From Candidatus Micrarchaeia archaeon (lineage in GTDB: Archaea; Micrarchaeota; Micrarchaeia; CABMEP01), in assembly GCA_038881595.1 (NCBI GenBank), contig JAVZPM010000003.1:18305-82304 (forward strand): a stretch of 64,000 nucleotides of DNA. Reading direction: 5' to 3'. The notes under the pieces were generated by a model, which did no database searches, was not told the DNA's origin, and worked only from the letters and a program-made list of their open reading frames with translations. Position numbers and translations under genes: made by a program. Below, piece after piece: positions 39,610 to 50,272 of the stretch. The first letter of the stretch is position 1; every line of letters begins with the position of its first letter.

Positions 39610-41652
39610 TTATTCATATGTATGTACTATCTTAAAGTGACCTGGCTTAGGTTCAAAGATCTCTCCTTTCTTAAGCATTTCATCTAAAATCATTCTTATT
39701 GTTCTTTCTTCAAGCTTCAGATTATTAATTCCTTCTTCATATATTTTTTCCTTAGGTATCGGATCGAATTGTTTACTTAATTCTCTCATGGCACCATATA
39801 AATCATAGTACTGTTGCTGCTTTGATTTTGGCTGACCTGTTACAATCATATCTATGTTGATTGCACCTGTAGTTCTATCTAAAGCAATCTCTTTTAATAC
39901 ATATTCCATCAAGCTAATTGCAAGTTCTGCATCTCTAAGCTCAACAACTTCAGACAACCTTGACTTTGCGCTTGCCTCACTTAAACGGATTATACCTTCA
40001 ATTTGACGTGGAGTAATTGGAACCGCACCCTGTCTTTTACCCATTTCTCTTAATTGAACATAAAATGACTCAATTCTATTTTGAGCCTCTGGTGATAATT
40101 TAGGCTTTATGTTTTTCCTTGCATAAGCGATATACTTCCTTAAGAAATCAGTATCTACTTTTTCTTCTTTAGACTCTGGGATTATTTTTTCTGCTGCATT
40201 CTTGTGTGTTTCTAAAAGATATCGTGCTAATTTTCTATCTGAACTTTCGTCTATTACATCTCTTATTGGAAATATCAGATCGAATCTACTTTGAAGGGTT
40301 GGTGGAATATCAAATTGAATTGCAATAAGCTGATTAGGATCAAACCTTCCAAATTTAGGATTTGCAGCTGCAAGAATTGATGTTTTTGCCTTAAACTTAG
40401 CAACTATTCCTGCCTTAGCTACTGAAACAGTTCCTGATTCCATGACTTCATGGAGAGCTGCTCTTTCTGTATCGTCTATTTTATCAAATTCATCAACAGC
40501 TGCAAGACCCCCCGATGCAAGAACTAATGCTCCTGCCTTTAAAGTCCATCCTTCCCCAAGATCGTCTCTCTCTGCGGAAGCAGTAAGACCAACGCCAGAT
40601 ACTGACTTACCACTCACATAAATGCTCTTTGGTGCCAATGAAGCCACATATTGAAGCATTCTTGTCTTTGCAGCACCAGGATCACCTATTAGCAATATAT
40701 GGATGTCACTCCTTATTCTTCCACCTTCTGGAAGAACCTTGTCTGGATTTCCTCCAAATAATTGAAGTGCAACTGCCTGCTTCATCTCTCTATGACCATA
40801 AATTGAAGGAGCTATCGAATTAGTTATTATATCAAATACATTAGGCTGTCTTGCAAATTCTTGTATCTTTTTTATATCTTCTTTTGTCAATTCAACCTCT
40901 TCAAATTCTCTTTGAGTATTTCTTATTGAAACTACATCTATATACTTTGAATAAATTGGATCCTTTAATTTACCAACTTGCCTTAATCTTACAATTCCTA
41001 CAACTTCTATTGTATCCCCAGGTATAATTGTATTGCATAAATCATCATCTAAAAAAAGTTCGATATGACTTGCCGGAGAACCACTCCTTACTCTTTCAAG
41101 AAGCTCCTGTATTTCAGCACGCTGGATATTCATGAATTTTGAGGCTTTTTCGTCAAGCTCGAGGGTTCTTTTTCTACAGTTACTACATACATCTGGAACA
41201 TACACTCCTTTCTCCATTACAACTTTTTCAGTATTTCCACAATTTGTACAATTATAAATTGCAACCTTCACTTTTGGCCTTATTTCTGCACGTTTTGTTA
41301 CTACACCTGTAACACTTACTAATTTATGAATGTGTTCTGAACCAATATCTTGAATTAGCACCGTTTTTTCAGCTGTCTCTACTTCTTCTACTCTAACATG
41401 GGGTTCAAAGTTTTTCTTTTCTTCCCCAGCCATGGAAATAAGAGCTAATTCTGCTGCTTTCAAATAGGCATCTGGATTATCGATTAATTTCTCTGCAAAT
41501 TCATGGTCATATTTGTGCAATTCTTTATATGAAAAATAAAAGCTTCTTTTTTCAGGATAAAGATTCTTCAAGATCTGAAACTCCTTACTATATCTATCTG
41601 TAAAGAATTCTTCGAATTTTTGAGTTATTGGAGAAAGATCTGGTTGAATCAT
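39610..41652 (-). CDS. mcm: Replicative helicase MCM
   Basis: Zn finger, GDPGAAKT, VDEFDK, AAANP, SRFD, C-terminal wHTH; no intein. Confidence 0.98.
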   Translation of the reverse strand: MIQPDLSPITQKFEEFFTDRYSKEFQILKNLYPEKRSFYFSYKELHKYDHEFAEKLIDNPDAYLKAAELALISMAGEEKKNFEPHVRVEEVETAEKTVLIQDIGSEHIHKLVSVTGVVTKRAEIRPKVKVAIYNCTNCGNTEKVVMEKGVYVPDVCSNCRKRTLELDEKASKFMNIQRAEIQELLERVRSGSPASHIELFLDDDLCNTIIPGDTIEVVGIVRLRQVGKLKDPIYSKYIDVVSIRNTQREFEEVELTKEDIKKIQEFARQPNVFDIITNSIAPSIYGHREMKQAVALQLFGGNPDKVLPEGGRIRSDIHILLIGDPGAAKTRMLQYVASLAPKSIYVSGKSVSGVGLTASAERDDLGEGWTLKAGALVLASGGLAAVDEFDKIDDTERAALHEVMESGTVSVAKAGIVAKFKAKTSILAAANPKFGRFDPNQLIAIQFDIPPTLQSRFDLIFPIRDVIDESSDRKLARYLLETHKNAAEKIIPESKEEKVDTDFLRKYIAYARKNIKPKLSPEAQNRIESFYVQLREMGKRQGAVPITPRQIEGIIRLSEASAKSRLSEVVELRDAELAISLMEYVLKEIALDRTTGAINIDMIVTGQPKSKQQQYYDLYGAMRELSKQFDPIPKEKIYEEGINNLKLEERTIRMILDEMLKKGEIFEPKPGHFKIVHTYE

Positions 41653-41897
41653 TTTATCACATTAAATATCAAAGATTAGAAAAATAATGAATTTAAACAA
41701 TTAATATTTCAACAGCGATATCTTAATAAACTTAATCAGGCCCCTCACTGCTAATAATCTTTATTCGAGTAAATTAATAATTTATTTGAACAAATAAATA
41801 AACAGTTAAATTATAAAATATATCAACTGATAGATATATTGTGAAATTTATATATTTTTTACAACCATATTTCTAGTGATTGTTAATAGGGGGTAGA

Positions 41898-43367
41898 ATG
41901 AAATTCTATGTTACAACTCCAATATATTATATTAATGACCTACCACATATAGGAAGCGCATACACTACGATAATTGCAGACATTCTTGCAATCTGGCACA
42001 GAATGAAAGGAGACGATACTTTCTTCTTAACTGGGCTAGATGAAAATTCAGTAAAGACAGTTCAGGCTGCAGAAGCAAAAGGATACAAAGATATACAAAA
42101 ATACACAGATGAAATGGCTGAAAAATGGAAAAACGCATGGCAGAAACTAAATCTTACCTATGATGATTTTATAAGAACTACAGAGGAAAGACATAAGAAA
42201 AATGTTATCAAATTCTTTAATAAAATCTATGAGAATGGAGATATATATAAAGGAGTATATGAAGGACTATACTGTGATGGGTGTGAGGAGTTTAAACTCG
42301 AAAAGGATGCACCAGATGGGGTATGCCCAATCCACAAAAAGCAATTGAAGAAGATAAAAGAGGAGAATTACTATTTTAAATTATCTAAGTACAGAGATAG
42401 AATATTAGAACACATAGAAAAAAATCCTGATTTCATAAAACCAGAAAAAAGAAGAAATGAAATAATTAGCTTCCTTAAACAGGGTTTAATTGATACATCT
42501 ATCTCAAGGCCAGGTTTAAAATGGGGAATAGATCTTCCGATAGATAAAGATCACAAGTTTTGGGTATGGTTTGATGCATTGATTAATTATTTATTACCTG
42601 AAAAGTACTGGCCACCAGAGGTTCAACTTCTTGGAAAGGATATCGCAAGATTCCATTGTATAACTTGGATAGGTATGCTAATGTCTGCAGGATATCCTCT
42701 GCCAAAAACAATGTATGTGCATGGATTCTTTACAGTAAATGGTCAAAAGATGTCTAAATCTTTAGGAAATGCAATAGATCCTATTAGTCTATCTGAAAAA
42801 TATACAATTGATGGAATTAGATATTACATGTTAAGAGACATTTCTCTTGGTGAGGATGGAGATTTCTCAGAAGTTGCACTTAAAGAGAGAATAAATAACG
42901 AAGTAGTTGCAAATTATAGCAATCTTTTCTATAGAATAACTTCATTCATACAGAAAAACTATAATGGAAAGCTTCCTTCAGCAAACTATAGTGAAAAAGA
43001 AAATGAAATTCTTAAGCAGATTTCCTCTCTTGTAAAACGATACGAGAGCGAAATGCAAGAATATGAACTTACAAAGGCGCTTTCAACTGCAGTAGAAGTT
43101 TCAACGATTGCAAATAAATATATCCAAGAAAATGAACCCTGGAAGATAATCAAGGAAAATAAAGAGAAGGCAGGATCTATTCTTAATTTTGGAGCTCAGC
43201 TACTTAGAACATCTGTACTTTTATATTATCCATTCATGCCAAATTCTGGAAAAATCGCATGTGAAGCATTAGGTATAAAACCGGAATGGAAAGATGTTGA
43301 AAAACCTGTTCTGAAGGAAGGGCATGAACTAAAAGCAGTGATGTTATTTAAGAAAATAGAAACATAA
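41898..43367 (+). CDS. metG: Methionine--tRNA ligase (compact, no C-terminal tRNA-binding appendix)
   Basis: TTPIYY..PHIGS, CDGC/CPIH knuckle, WVWFDALINY, KMSKS. Confidence 0.96.
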   Translation: MKFYVTTPIYYINDLPHIGSAYTTIIADILAIWHRMKGDDTFFLTGLDENSVKTVQAAEAKGYKDIQKYTDEMAEKWKNAWQKLNLTYDDFIRTTEERHKKNVIKFFNKIYENGDIYKGVYEGLYCDGCEEFKLEKDAPDGVCPIHKKQLKKIKEENYYFKLSKYRDRILEHIEKNPDFIKPEKRRNEIISFLKQGLIDTSISRPGLKWGIDLPIDKDHKFWVWFDALINYLLPEKYWPPEVQLLGKDIARFHCITWIGMLMSAGYPLPKTMYVHGFFTVNGQKMSKSLGNAIDPISLSEKYTIDGIRYYMLRDISLGEDGDFSEVALKERINNEVVANYSNLFYRITSFIQKNYNGKLPSANYSEKENEILKQISSLVKRYESEMQEYELTKALSTAVEVSTIANKYIQENEPWKIIKENKEKAGSILNFGAQLLRTSVLLYYPFMPNSGKIACEALGIKPEWKDVEKPVLKEGHELKAVMLFKKIET

Positions 43368-43826
43368 CATAGTGAAAACAGGATTGAATTAATCTTCTAA
43401 TTCTATTTTATCTTGAATTGAATCTATTTTAAAGGGACCATCTAGAAGCATTATGTATAAGTAATCAAAAGCGTATTTTTCAAAACCTATAACTAGATTG
43501 TAGCACAAATTATGTGTTGTAGGTATCTTTCTTATAAATTTAATTTCTATTTACCTTAATTATAATGAAAGAAAAATTGATTGACTCATCAGAATTTAAA
43601 CAAAAATTAACTATCCTTAAATAAATTATCTTACTAAAGTTTGCCTTTCTAAAATCATCGATATTATCGGAAACGAGATATTTGAATTTGATTTCCTTTT
43701 CTAAAAGCTGATTCTTTCATTTTTTATTTTGAAAACTACATATAAAAAACGGTCGTTCAGTTAAAATAGAAACATTTAATAAAATAATCTGGCAATAATA
43801 TTTACTAAACTCTTTTATGTTTTTAT

Positions 43827-43901
43827 GGGCCCGTAGCTCAGCTTGGCCAGAGCGTCCGGCTTTTAACCGGCAGGTCAGGGGTTCAAATCCCCTCGGGCCC
43901 G
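43827..43901 (+). tRNA. tRNA-Lys(TTT)
   Basis: GGGCCCG/CGGGCCC acceptor, anticodon loop CTTTTAA, AGGGG-TTCAAAT-CCCCT. Confidence 0.95.
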
Positions 43902-43928
43902 TTAAAAATATTGTAAAGGAGAGAAAAT

Positions 43929-44120
43929 ATGAAAATAACACAAATTAGAGACATTGGAAGAGGATTACTTATTCTTTTAGGTGCGTTTTTGGCGTATAGT
44001 GGTAATGTGACAATAGGCATTGCATTTGCTGCTTTTGTGGCTTTAATGATGATCCAAGGTGCGTTTACTGGATTCTGCATATTAGACATGATCTACAAGG
44101 CCATTGGTGCAAAGGATTAA
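43929..44120 (+). CDS. DUF2892/YgaP-like small membrane protein
   Basis: Two TM segments ending in GAFTGFC. Confidence 0.7.
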   Translation: MKITQIRDIGRGLLILLGAFLAYSGNVTIGIAFAAFVALMMIQGAFTGFCILDMIYKAIGAKD

Positions 44121-44203
44121 CTTATTTTAAATCTTTTTTTATCTTTTCTTTCAATCTTTAGATTAAAAGTTAGATTTATATACTCTGATTTAGTAAATAT
44201 TTT

Positions 44204-44494
44204 GGAGTGGTGGACTGCAGCTAACGGAAATAACAGTTGTCGATCTCAAATAGCAGATGTGTTAAAGAGTTCGAAAAACTCTGTTATTTCTGAGGAAGTT
44301 CGATCCATCGAGTGAAAAAATGCTTTAAGGGCATGGTGTGAGACTAGAAACGAATCAACTGTAAAGGATGAGAATGACGAAAGGAGACGATACAGTTGAA
44401 TGAAACGACTCACATCACACGATGAGATGCAAGGCCTTTGAGCCGCTTAGTCGAATGCTGCATGTACAAAAGATCGACTATAGTCTGCCGCTCC
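44204..44494 (+). ncRNA. rnpB: RNase P RNA
   Basis: P1 GGAGTGGTGGACT/AGTCTGCCGCTCC, P2 TGCAGC/GCTGCA, CR-I GAGGAAGTTCGATC pairing with CR-V ACAAAAGATCGAC, CR-II AGAAAC, CR-III TGAAAC; TATA TTTATATA at 44175-44182. Confidence 0.9.
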
Positions 44495-44511
44495 GTCATA
44501 TTTTTAGATTT

Positions 44512-45555
44512 TTATTTATTTCTTCTCTTTATAAGTTCTTCATAATCCAAGTCTAGATAATTATCACCTGATCTGAACCTTTTCTTATCGTTATTTTTTC
44601 TAGCATATATAATAGAAAGAATTAATATAATTAATAATAAGTCAATTAAAATCAAAATTAATTGGTTCAATAATGAAAATATAGACGCTAAAAGAACCAA
44701 TATTGCAACTCCCATTATCCCGTACTTTGACCCTTTTCTGAGATTTAGAATCAGAGAAGATATAATTATTATGATTGATAAGACAATTGGAATATAAACT
44801 TCTGAATTTGGAGCTAAGAAACTAAAGAGAGACATCAAAAATGAATTAATTTTAGCAGGTATCAAAGAAAATAAGCCAAGTATATTGCCTGTCTTTAAAT
44901 TAATATCTGTAATTCCAGTTCTTGCTTCTTCTATATGGAAAGTGTTGATAGCTTCCTCTATTTTGTTAATTTTACTTTCTAGGTTTGGATCTGAAATGTT
45001 TGCATTCTTTTTAATTTCGTCCAATTCTTTTTTAAGAGATAGAGATTCCTGATATATAGGAATAAAATCCTCGAATGGGGTTAAACTTGCACTAAAAAGT
45101 ATAGTTGAATTTATTTCATTTGATTTTGAACTGTTTAAATAAACATAAGCATTTATTGATTTTGTCAAGCTTGAATTAAAACTACATAACGATTCACTTA
45201 ATGATTTTTTATCTAGATAACAAACTAGTATGATATAGCTAACATTAATTTTTTTACTGCCATCTTTAAAATAGACAAATTCATTTCCGCTTTCAACTGT
45301 GGCTTTGATAAATATAGTAATATTTTCCGCATTTATATTTTTTAGAGAAGTAGCAGGAATATTCCAACTAATTGTTATTGGAATAATATATTCATAATTA
45401 GGGATTACTCTACTTAAATTTGTAGTTGTATTTATATTAATAATTGTGTCTACTGTTTTAATATTTACAAAGAGCTGTTCATTTGCTATTTCTGAAGAAG
45501 AAGTTAAGGGAAGAAAAATTATACAAAATGTAATAAGTATAATAAACCTCTTCAT
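44512..45555 (-). CDS. Hypothetical secreted/membrane protein
   Basis: Signal peptide, N-x-S/T-rich ectodomain, C-terminal TM segments. Confidence 0.75.
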   Translation of the reverse strand: MKRFIILITFCIIFLPLTSSSEIANEQLFVNIKTVDTIININTTTNLSRVIPNYEYIIPITISWNIPATSLKNINAENITIFIKATVESGNEFVYFKDGSKKINVSYIILVCYLDKKSLSESLCSFNSSLTKSINAYVYLNSSKSNEINSTILFSASLTPFEDFIPIYQESLSLKKELDEIKKNANISDPNLESKINKIEEAINTFHIEEARTGITDINLKTGNILGLFSLIPAKINSFLMSLFSFLAPNSEVYIPIVLSIIIIISSLILNLRKGSKYGIMGVAILVLLASIFSLLNQLILILIDLLLIILILSIIYARKNNDKKRFRSGDNYLDLDYEELIKRRNK

Positions 45556-45594
45556 TAAATCACTCTGTCAATAACAACAATGACCATGTATAAG

Positions 45595-46278
45595 TCAAAT
45601 TGTTATTGTCTCTAATTTCTTTTTTAAGACTATTTTGTCGTCATTTACTTGAAGCAACCCATCACAAGGAATTTGAAATGCTGATTCTAACTCCTTAGGA
45701 TATTCATCTTTATAAAAAACTGATATAATTGCTGTGTCTGTTTCTTCTGCAATAGTTGACAAAAAGCGCATAAATTTTAACACATTTTTTTCGCTATTAA
45801 ATGCGAGAATACCATTTAAAGAATCGATCACTGCAATTTCAATCGCTGGATCGGAAAATACATCTTGAAGCGTCATTGAAATCTCAACTAGATTGTCTGG
45901 ATTTTCTATAAATTTGAAAGAAAAATTTTTATTATTCTTTGAATCTGCAATTGGCTTACTAATTGCATCAATAAAGATTATTCTTTCACTATGATCTTGA
46001 ATATCAAATCCATTTTCTTTGAATTCCTTAATAACTTTATTAACTGGCTTATCAATTGAAAACCATACTGCTTTTTTATTTGGATTTGAAGTTAGAAAAT
46101 CATAGACTATTTTATATGAAAGAACGATGTCTGTAGTAAAGGGAGATATAGGAAAAAGAATCAATTGTTTCTTTATATTTGAAATTAGAGAACGTTTCAT
46201 TTCTTTTGGATTAATGTCTAAAAAAGAAGCTGTTTCCTCTTGAATATCTAATTTCTCATCTTTTCTGTTATTTGGCAA
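45595..46278 (-). CDS. DUF835/KaiC-like RecA-fold protein, apparently inactive
   Basis: IIFIDAIS and AVIDSLNGIL Walker-B-like strands; no Walker A. Confidence 0.65.
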   Translation of the reverse strand: MPNNRKDEKLDIQEETASFLDINPKEMKRSLISNIKKQLILFPISPFTTDIVLSYKIVYDFLTSNPNKKAVWFSIDKPVNKVIKEFKENGFDIQDHSERIIFIDAISKPIADSKNNKNFSFKFIENPDNLVEISMTLQDVFSDPAIEIAVIDSLNGILAFNSEKNVLKFMRFLSTIAEETDTAIISVFYKDEYPKELESAFQIPCDGLLQVNDDKIVLKKKLETITI

Positions 46279-46534
46279 AATACCACCTATATTTTATTAT
46301 TCTATTAATTAATGTCAGATTAAATTTAAAAACTTAATAATTACAATCGTGCTAAAAATAGAAGATACATAGATATATAAACATTATCTGATATTATATT
46401 ACAAAGTATGTGGGATTAAAAACTAATTCTCACAAGAAAACAAACAGTACGTCTAATATGATTTGCTGATTTTGCTTTGCTTGATTGAGAAAAAGAATAC
46501 GTCCCACTAAAGACAGAATCTGGAGTGTGAAATA

Positions 46535-46780
46535 ATGGAAGAAGAAAGACGTGGCGGATTTAGACGCGGAAGATTTCGCGGCCGCGGAAATTTTGCACCT
46601 AAACCTGTAAAGGAAGGTGACGAAATTGACCTTACAATAGAAGCCGTTGGTGAGAAGGGAGACGGAATAGGAAAAATCCAAGGATTTGTTATATTCGTCC
46701 CTGGAACGTCTACAGGAGAATCTTGTAAAGTAAAAATAATGCAAGTCCGTGGAAAAAGCGCAGTAGGAGAAAAAATATAA
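46535..46780 (+). CDS. TRAM-domain RNA-binding protein
   Basis: PVKEGD, GEKGDGIGKIQGFVIFVPG; RG-rich N-terminus. Confidence 0.93.
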   Translation: MEEERRGGFRRGRFRGRGNFAPKPVKEGDEIDLTIEAVGEKGDGIGKIQGFVIFVPGTSTGESCKVKIMQVRGKSAVGEKI

Positions 46781-46930
46781 AACTCATAATGCGTTAATAA
46801 ACCCTTGTAGGTTTCTTTTTTTTTGTTTTTATTTTTACTTTTTTTTTCGATCAATTACACAAATTTTCAATAAACTCATAGTAGTCTTTAAACTTTAAAT
46901 AATAATATATACCGAATGTTTTATTTTGAT

Positions 46931-47900
46931 ATGGGAAAAATATAAATTAAGAAATGAAATTTTCAATGAACAAAATCAAACATCTAGAAAGAAAAAATAG
47001 AAAATGTGTATTTGATAAATGATACTCCATCTTTGATTAGCTTCGCTCTTCAAGCTGCATTTTATCTTCCAAGTCTAATCTGGAATTTAAGAAAAATAAA
47101 TGAAATAAAATCAAATAGGTTCTGGTACCTCAATAGAAATAAAGAGCCATTAAAGGAACAATATAGAGCCAAGATACAAAAGATCCTTTACCTTTAATTG
47201 CGTTTGATAGCAGATATAAAAGAGATCTTTTTAACTTTTCAATGGTTGGTAAAATTATCGCCTGCCTTGGTTACCTGGCATTTATTGTAAGATCAAGAAG
47301 GGACTAAAAAGCGCAGAGGCAGAAGATTATATGGATGTATTTGATTTTCTTAAAACTAAATATCAAGAAAAAAACTATTAGAGAATAGAAGTGCAATAAT
47401 CGGATAAGTGGTGGAAACATTGTTGTATATAAAACCTGTTCTTCACAAGAATTCATAGAAAGACATAATATCAAATGTGGAATATCTATTTCGCCTTTTG
47501 GTGATTTAGCAAAGCAATTGAGTATATGAAAAACAAGCTTAAAGAAAGAGATATACCTGAAAATACTCGCAGGATTTTATCAGATTGTAATAATTATGTT
47601 GAAAGTTTAGGGATAACTAATACTTCTGATAGATACTTATTTACTAATGGATCGCCAATTACTTACTGTAAGAATTTGAAAGTACCTTTATTAATCGAAC
47701 ATGGAATCATGGATTATATAGTTCCAGTTATGGCTCCTTGAAGATATATAAAACACTAAAACAAGAAAATAAAAAACAGAGCTTGTTTTAATACCTGGAA
47801 AAGGTATACTTGGAGACCTTAAAAAATGAAAAGATAATATGATTGAAACAATTGGATTAATACGTTCAATAATTTATGCTTACAAATTTTTAAGGAAGCA
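46931..47900 (+). pseudogene. Degraded alpha/beta-hydrolase (S9-peptidase-like) gene
   Basis: Fragments across frames: AEDYMDVFDFLK, AIIG/ISGGN (GxSxG broken by a frameshift), ISISPFGDL, SPITYCKNLKVPLLIEHGIMDYIVP; boundaries approximate. Confidence 0.6.
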
Positions 47901-47932
47901 TATGAGTTGTTAAATTTGAGAATATGGTTAGA

Positions 47933-48931
47933 TCAAGTCTGAATTGAAATCATTAATTGTTCTTTAGTTGAACTTTTTCTTAAAGGTTCGTTACATCTTT
48001 TTCTATATTCCCATTCTTTATCTACAAAGGAGTTATAACCTTTTGAGCGTAAGTATTTGCTCATGAATACAGCGTTTCCATAATGACAAATGATTTCTTT
48101 TGCACCGGACTCCTCAACATACTTTAATATTTCAGAAAAACCACTATGATCGCTTAAAGGAAAAGCGTGATACCTATATCTATACTTTTTAGCCCAACCT
48201 GTAACGATTGCAAATGAAACTTGTTTATATTGAGTAGTTAACCATTTTTCTGATTGTGGATTAACAAGATTGAATGGAACGATATAAACAAACTTATCCT
48301 TCATTATTTCAGCAGCTTCTTTACTACCAATAACAACCCTATCAAGCCTTATCCCATATTTTTCATATACCTTACATTTTTCTTCTATATTTTGATCAAC
48401 TACAGGAGTAATATTTGAATACTTGTTTAATATGTAGATAAGCTCTTGAGCCTTTCCTACTGAATAGGCTCCAAAAACTACATTATTTCCTGTCATTAAT
48501 CTTGTTCTTGTCCATCTATCTATTCTATCAGCAATTATTTCTTTTGAATCAAATTCAAAATCGGGATGACCAAATGTACAATCTATATGTAACTCATCAC
48601 ATTTTACTATTTTTGCTCTCTCACTAGTAAAACCTTCCCTAAGTTTCATATCCCCAGTATATACAACTGTATGACCATTTGTAAATTCTATTTGCGTAGA
48701 GCCAAGAATATGTCCCGCAGGGTGTAGAATAACATCTTTATCTATCTTATGTAGTATAGATGTTTTTCCATCTAAATTAAGAAGGTCAAACGTTTGTTGC
48801 GATGAAAATATATTTCCCTTTCTAGAATGATCAGAATGAGCATGTGATATGTATACTATATCTGCATCTTTAGATGTTTCTATACCTAATACTCTTCCAT
48901 CTGAAAGTATTATCCTCATTGTCTGCCTCAT
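47933..48931 (-). CDS. MBL-fold beta-CASP nuclease
   Basis: SHAHSDH, AGHILGS, YTGD, CTFG, GKAQE, LSDHS. Confidence 0.9.
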   Translation of the reverse strand: MRQTMRIILSDGRVLGIETSKDADIVYISHAHSDHSRKGNIFSSQQTFDLLNLDGKTSILHKIDKDVILHPAGHILGSTQIEFTNGHTVVYTGDMKLREGFTSERAKIVKCDELHIDCTFGHPDFEFDSKEIIADRIDRWTRTRLMTGNNVVFGAYSVGKAQELIYILNKYSNITPVVDQNIEEKCKVYEKYGIRLDRVVIGSKEAAEIMKDKFVYIVPFNLVNPQSEKWLTTQYKQVSFAIVTGWAKKYRYRYHAFPLSDHSGFSEILKYVEESGAKEIICHYGNAVFMSKYLRSKGYNSFVDKEWEYRKRCNEPLRKSSTKEQLMISIQT

Positions 48932-49072
48932 GCTAATTTAATTGGTGCCAGATAAATAATTATTAAATAAATTTATAAAGTTTTAATGAATGGAAAGAGA
49001 TGTTAAAAAAGAAAGATATTTTAAGTTTCACTACAATATGTAATAAAATTATTTTAATAGATCATTTTTAAA

Positions 49073-49147
49073 GGGCCGGTAGCTTAGCCAGGTTGGAGCG
49101 CGTGACTGATAATCACGAGGTCGGGAGTTCAAATCTCCCCCGGCCCA
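49073..49147 (+). tRNA. tRNA-Ile(GAT)
   Basis: GGGCCGG/CCGGCCC acceptor, CGTGA-CTGATAA-TCACG anticodon arm, GGGAG-TTCAAAT-CTCCC. Confidence 0.95.
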
Positions 49148-49265
49148 TTATCGATTTTTGTGGGAACCAATCGTTTTATTAAGCTAAATTTAATACTATT
49201 AGTTGTGTTTTTGGTATAAAAATAAGAATGTTTAAAAATATATACTGCGTTTAAAATTTGAGAGT

Positions 49266-50138
49266 ATGAAATTTAATTTTGATAATGAAAAATATAATAG
49301 ACAGCTGGATAAAAATGTTTTTTTCAAATTAAGTGCAAAGGAAAAGGAGATCTATCTGAAGTTAAAAAAACAAGTTCCTGTGGAAGAAATAATTCTAAGT
49401 ATAGGAGATACTTTTTCTAAAGTGAATTATAAAGAATTGGAAAAGGAAAAACTTATGGAAGTATTATCTAAAGCTAAATCGAATTCGGTTATATGGGAAA
49501 GAAAAATGAATGCGGCAGAAGATATATTAACTGCAGTTAGACGTTCCGGTTCTAATCCAAAAATGATATTCAATTTATTCTTTGGTAAAAAAAGTAGGAA
49601 GATTGAGAAACCCTACTGGGAACTTACAAGAACAATGTATTCTATAATGGGAACTAAATTCTTAACTATAACCAATGAAGAAATTGGATGGCTTAATGCT
49701 ATCGGCCTCAAAAATAAATATGCCTCTGAAATAGAAATAATAGATCCATTATTTAATATACTTGATACAAAGGAAGGACATGAATTGATTAATCATTTAT
49801 ACATGTGTAAAAATACGATATGTACTTGTATTGAATCCAGAAAATTGATAAATGAATTAATTGAAAAGACAAAAGAATACAAAAAGGAAATGCAAAATGA
49901 ATTTATTATATTTGATATCTTAATGAAGGAAGAACCCAATGCAGTAATAAGTTTTGTTAACAAATGCATGGATCTATATTGGATAACACATCTATTTCAT
50001 GTTTTAAAGACTGGTAAAGAACGATTGATTAAAACAAAAAAAATAGAAATGGAAAAAAAGAAAAATAAACAAAACGATGGTGAATTTCAAAGTGACGAAT
50101 CAAAAAAAGATGAAAAAACAAACGAAAAGGATAATTAA
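49266..50138 (+). CDS. Hypothetical protein
   Basis: 290 aa ORF, no recognised motif. Confidence 0.7.
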   Translation: MKFNFDNEKYNRQLDKNVFFKLSAKEKEIYLKLKKQVPVEEIILSIGDTFSKVNYKELEKEKLMEVLSKAKSNSVIWERKMNAAEDILTAVRRSGSNPKMIFNLFFGKKSRKIEKPYWELTRTMYSIMGTKFLTITNEEIGWLNAIGLKNKYASEIEIIDPLFNILDTKEGHELINHLYMCKNTICTCIESRKLINELIEKTKEYKKEMQNEFIIFDILMKEEPNAVISFVNKCMDLYWITHLFHVLKTGKERLIKTKKIEMEKKKNKQNDGEFQSDESKKDEKTNEKDN

Positions 50139-50185
50139 AATCCTTCATTGATAATCGTGATAAGTAATAGAATAAAAGTAGATTA

Positions 50186-50251
50186 GGGCGGGAATGTGTG
50201 GGAGTTCTGACCCGCCCATAAGTATGAATTGGGGGTTTGGTCGTAACCCCC
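50186..50251. other. Two GC-rich hairpins between convergent genes (structured 3' element or bidirectional terminator)
   Basis: GGGCGGG...CCCGCCC (50186-50217) and GGGGGTT...AACCCCC (50231-50251). Confidence 0.6.
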
Positions 50252-50272
50252 GCCTCTTTGTCGCCTCGCACC

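Noticed and set aside
46430..46534. Long spacer upstream of the TRAM gene with TACGTC twice
   Set aside because: No convincing fold or box motifs
50186..50217. Possible K-turn or H/ACA RNA in the hairpin (AATGTG...CTGA)
   Set aside because: Lacks the tandem G-A pair after the bulge and has no ACA box
50029..50271. 80-aa minus-strand ORF downstream of the wHTH gene
   Set aside because: Spans the GC hairpins and runs antisense to the 49266 gene; no motif
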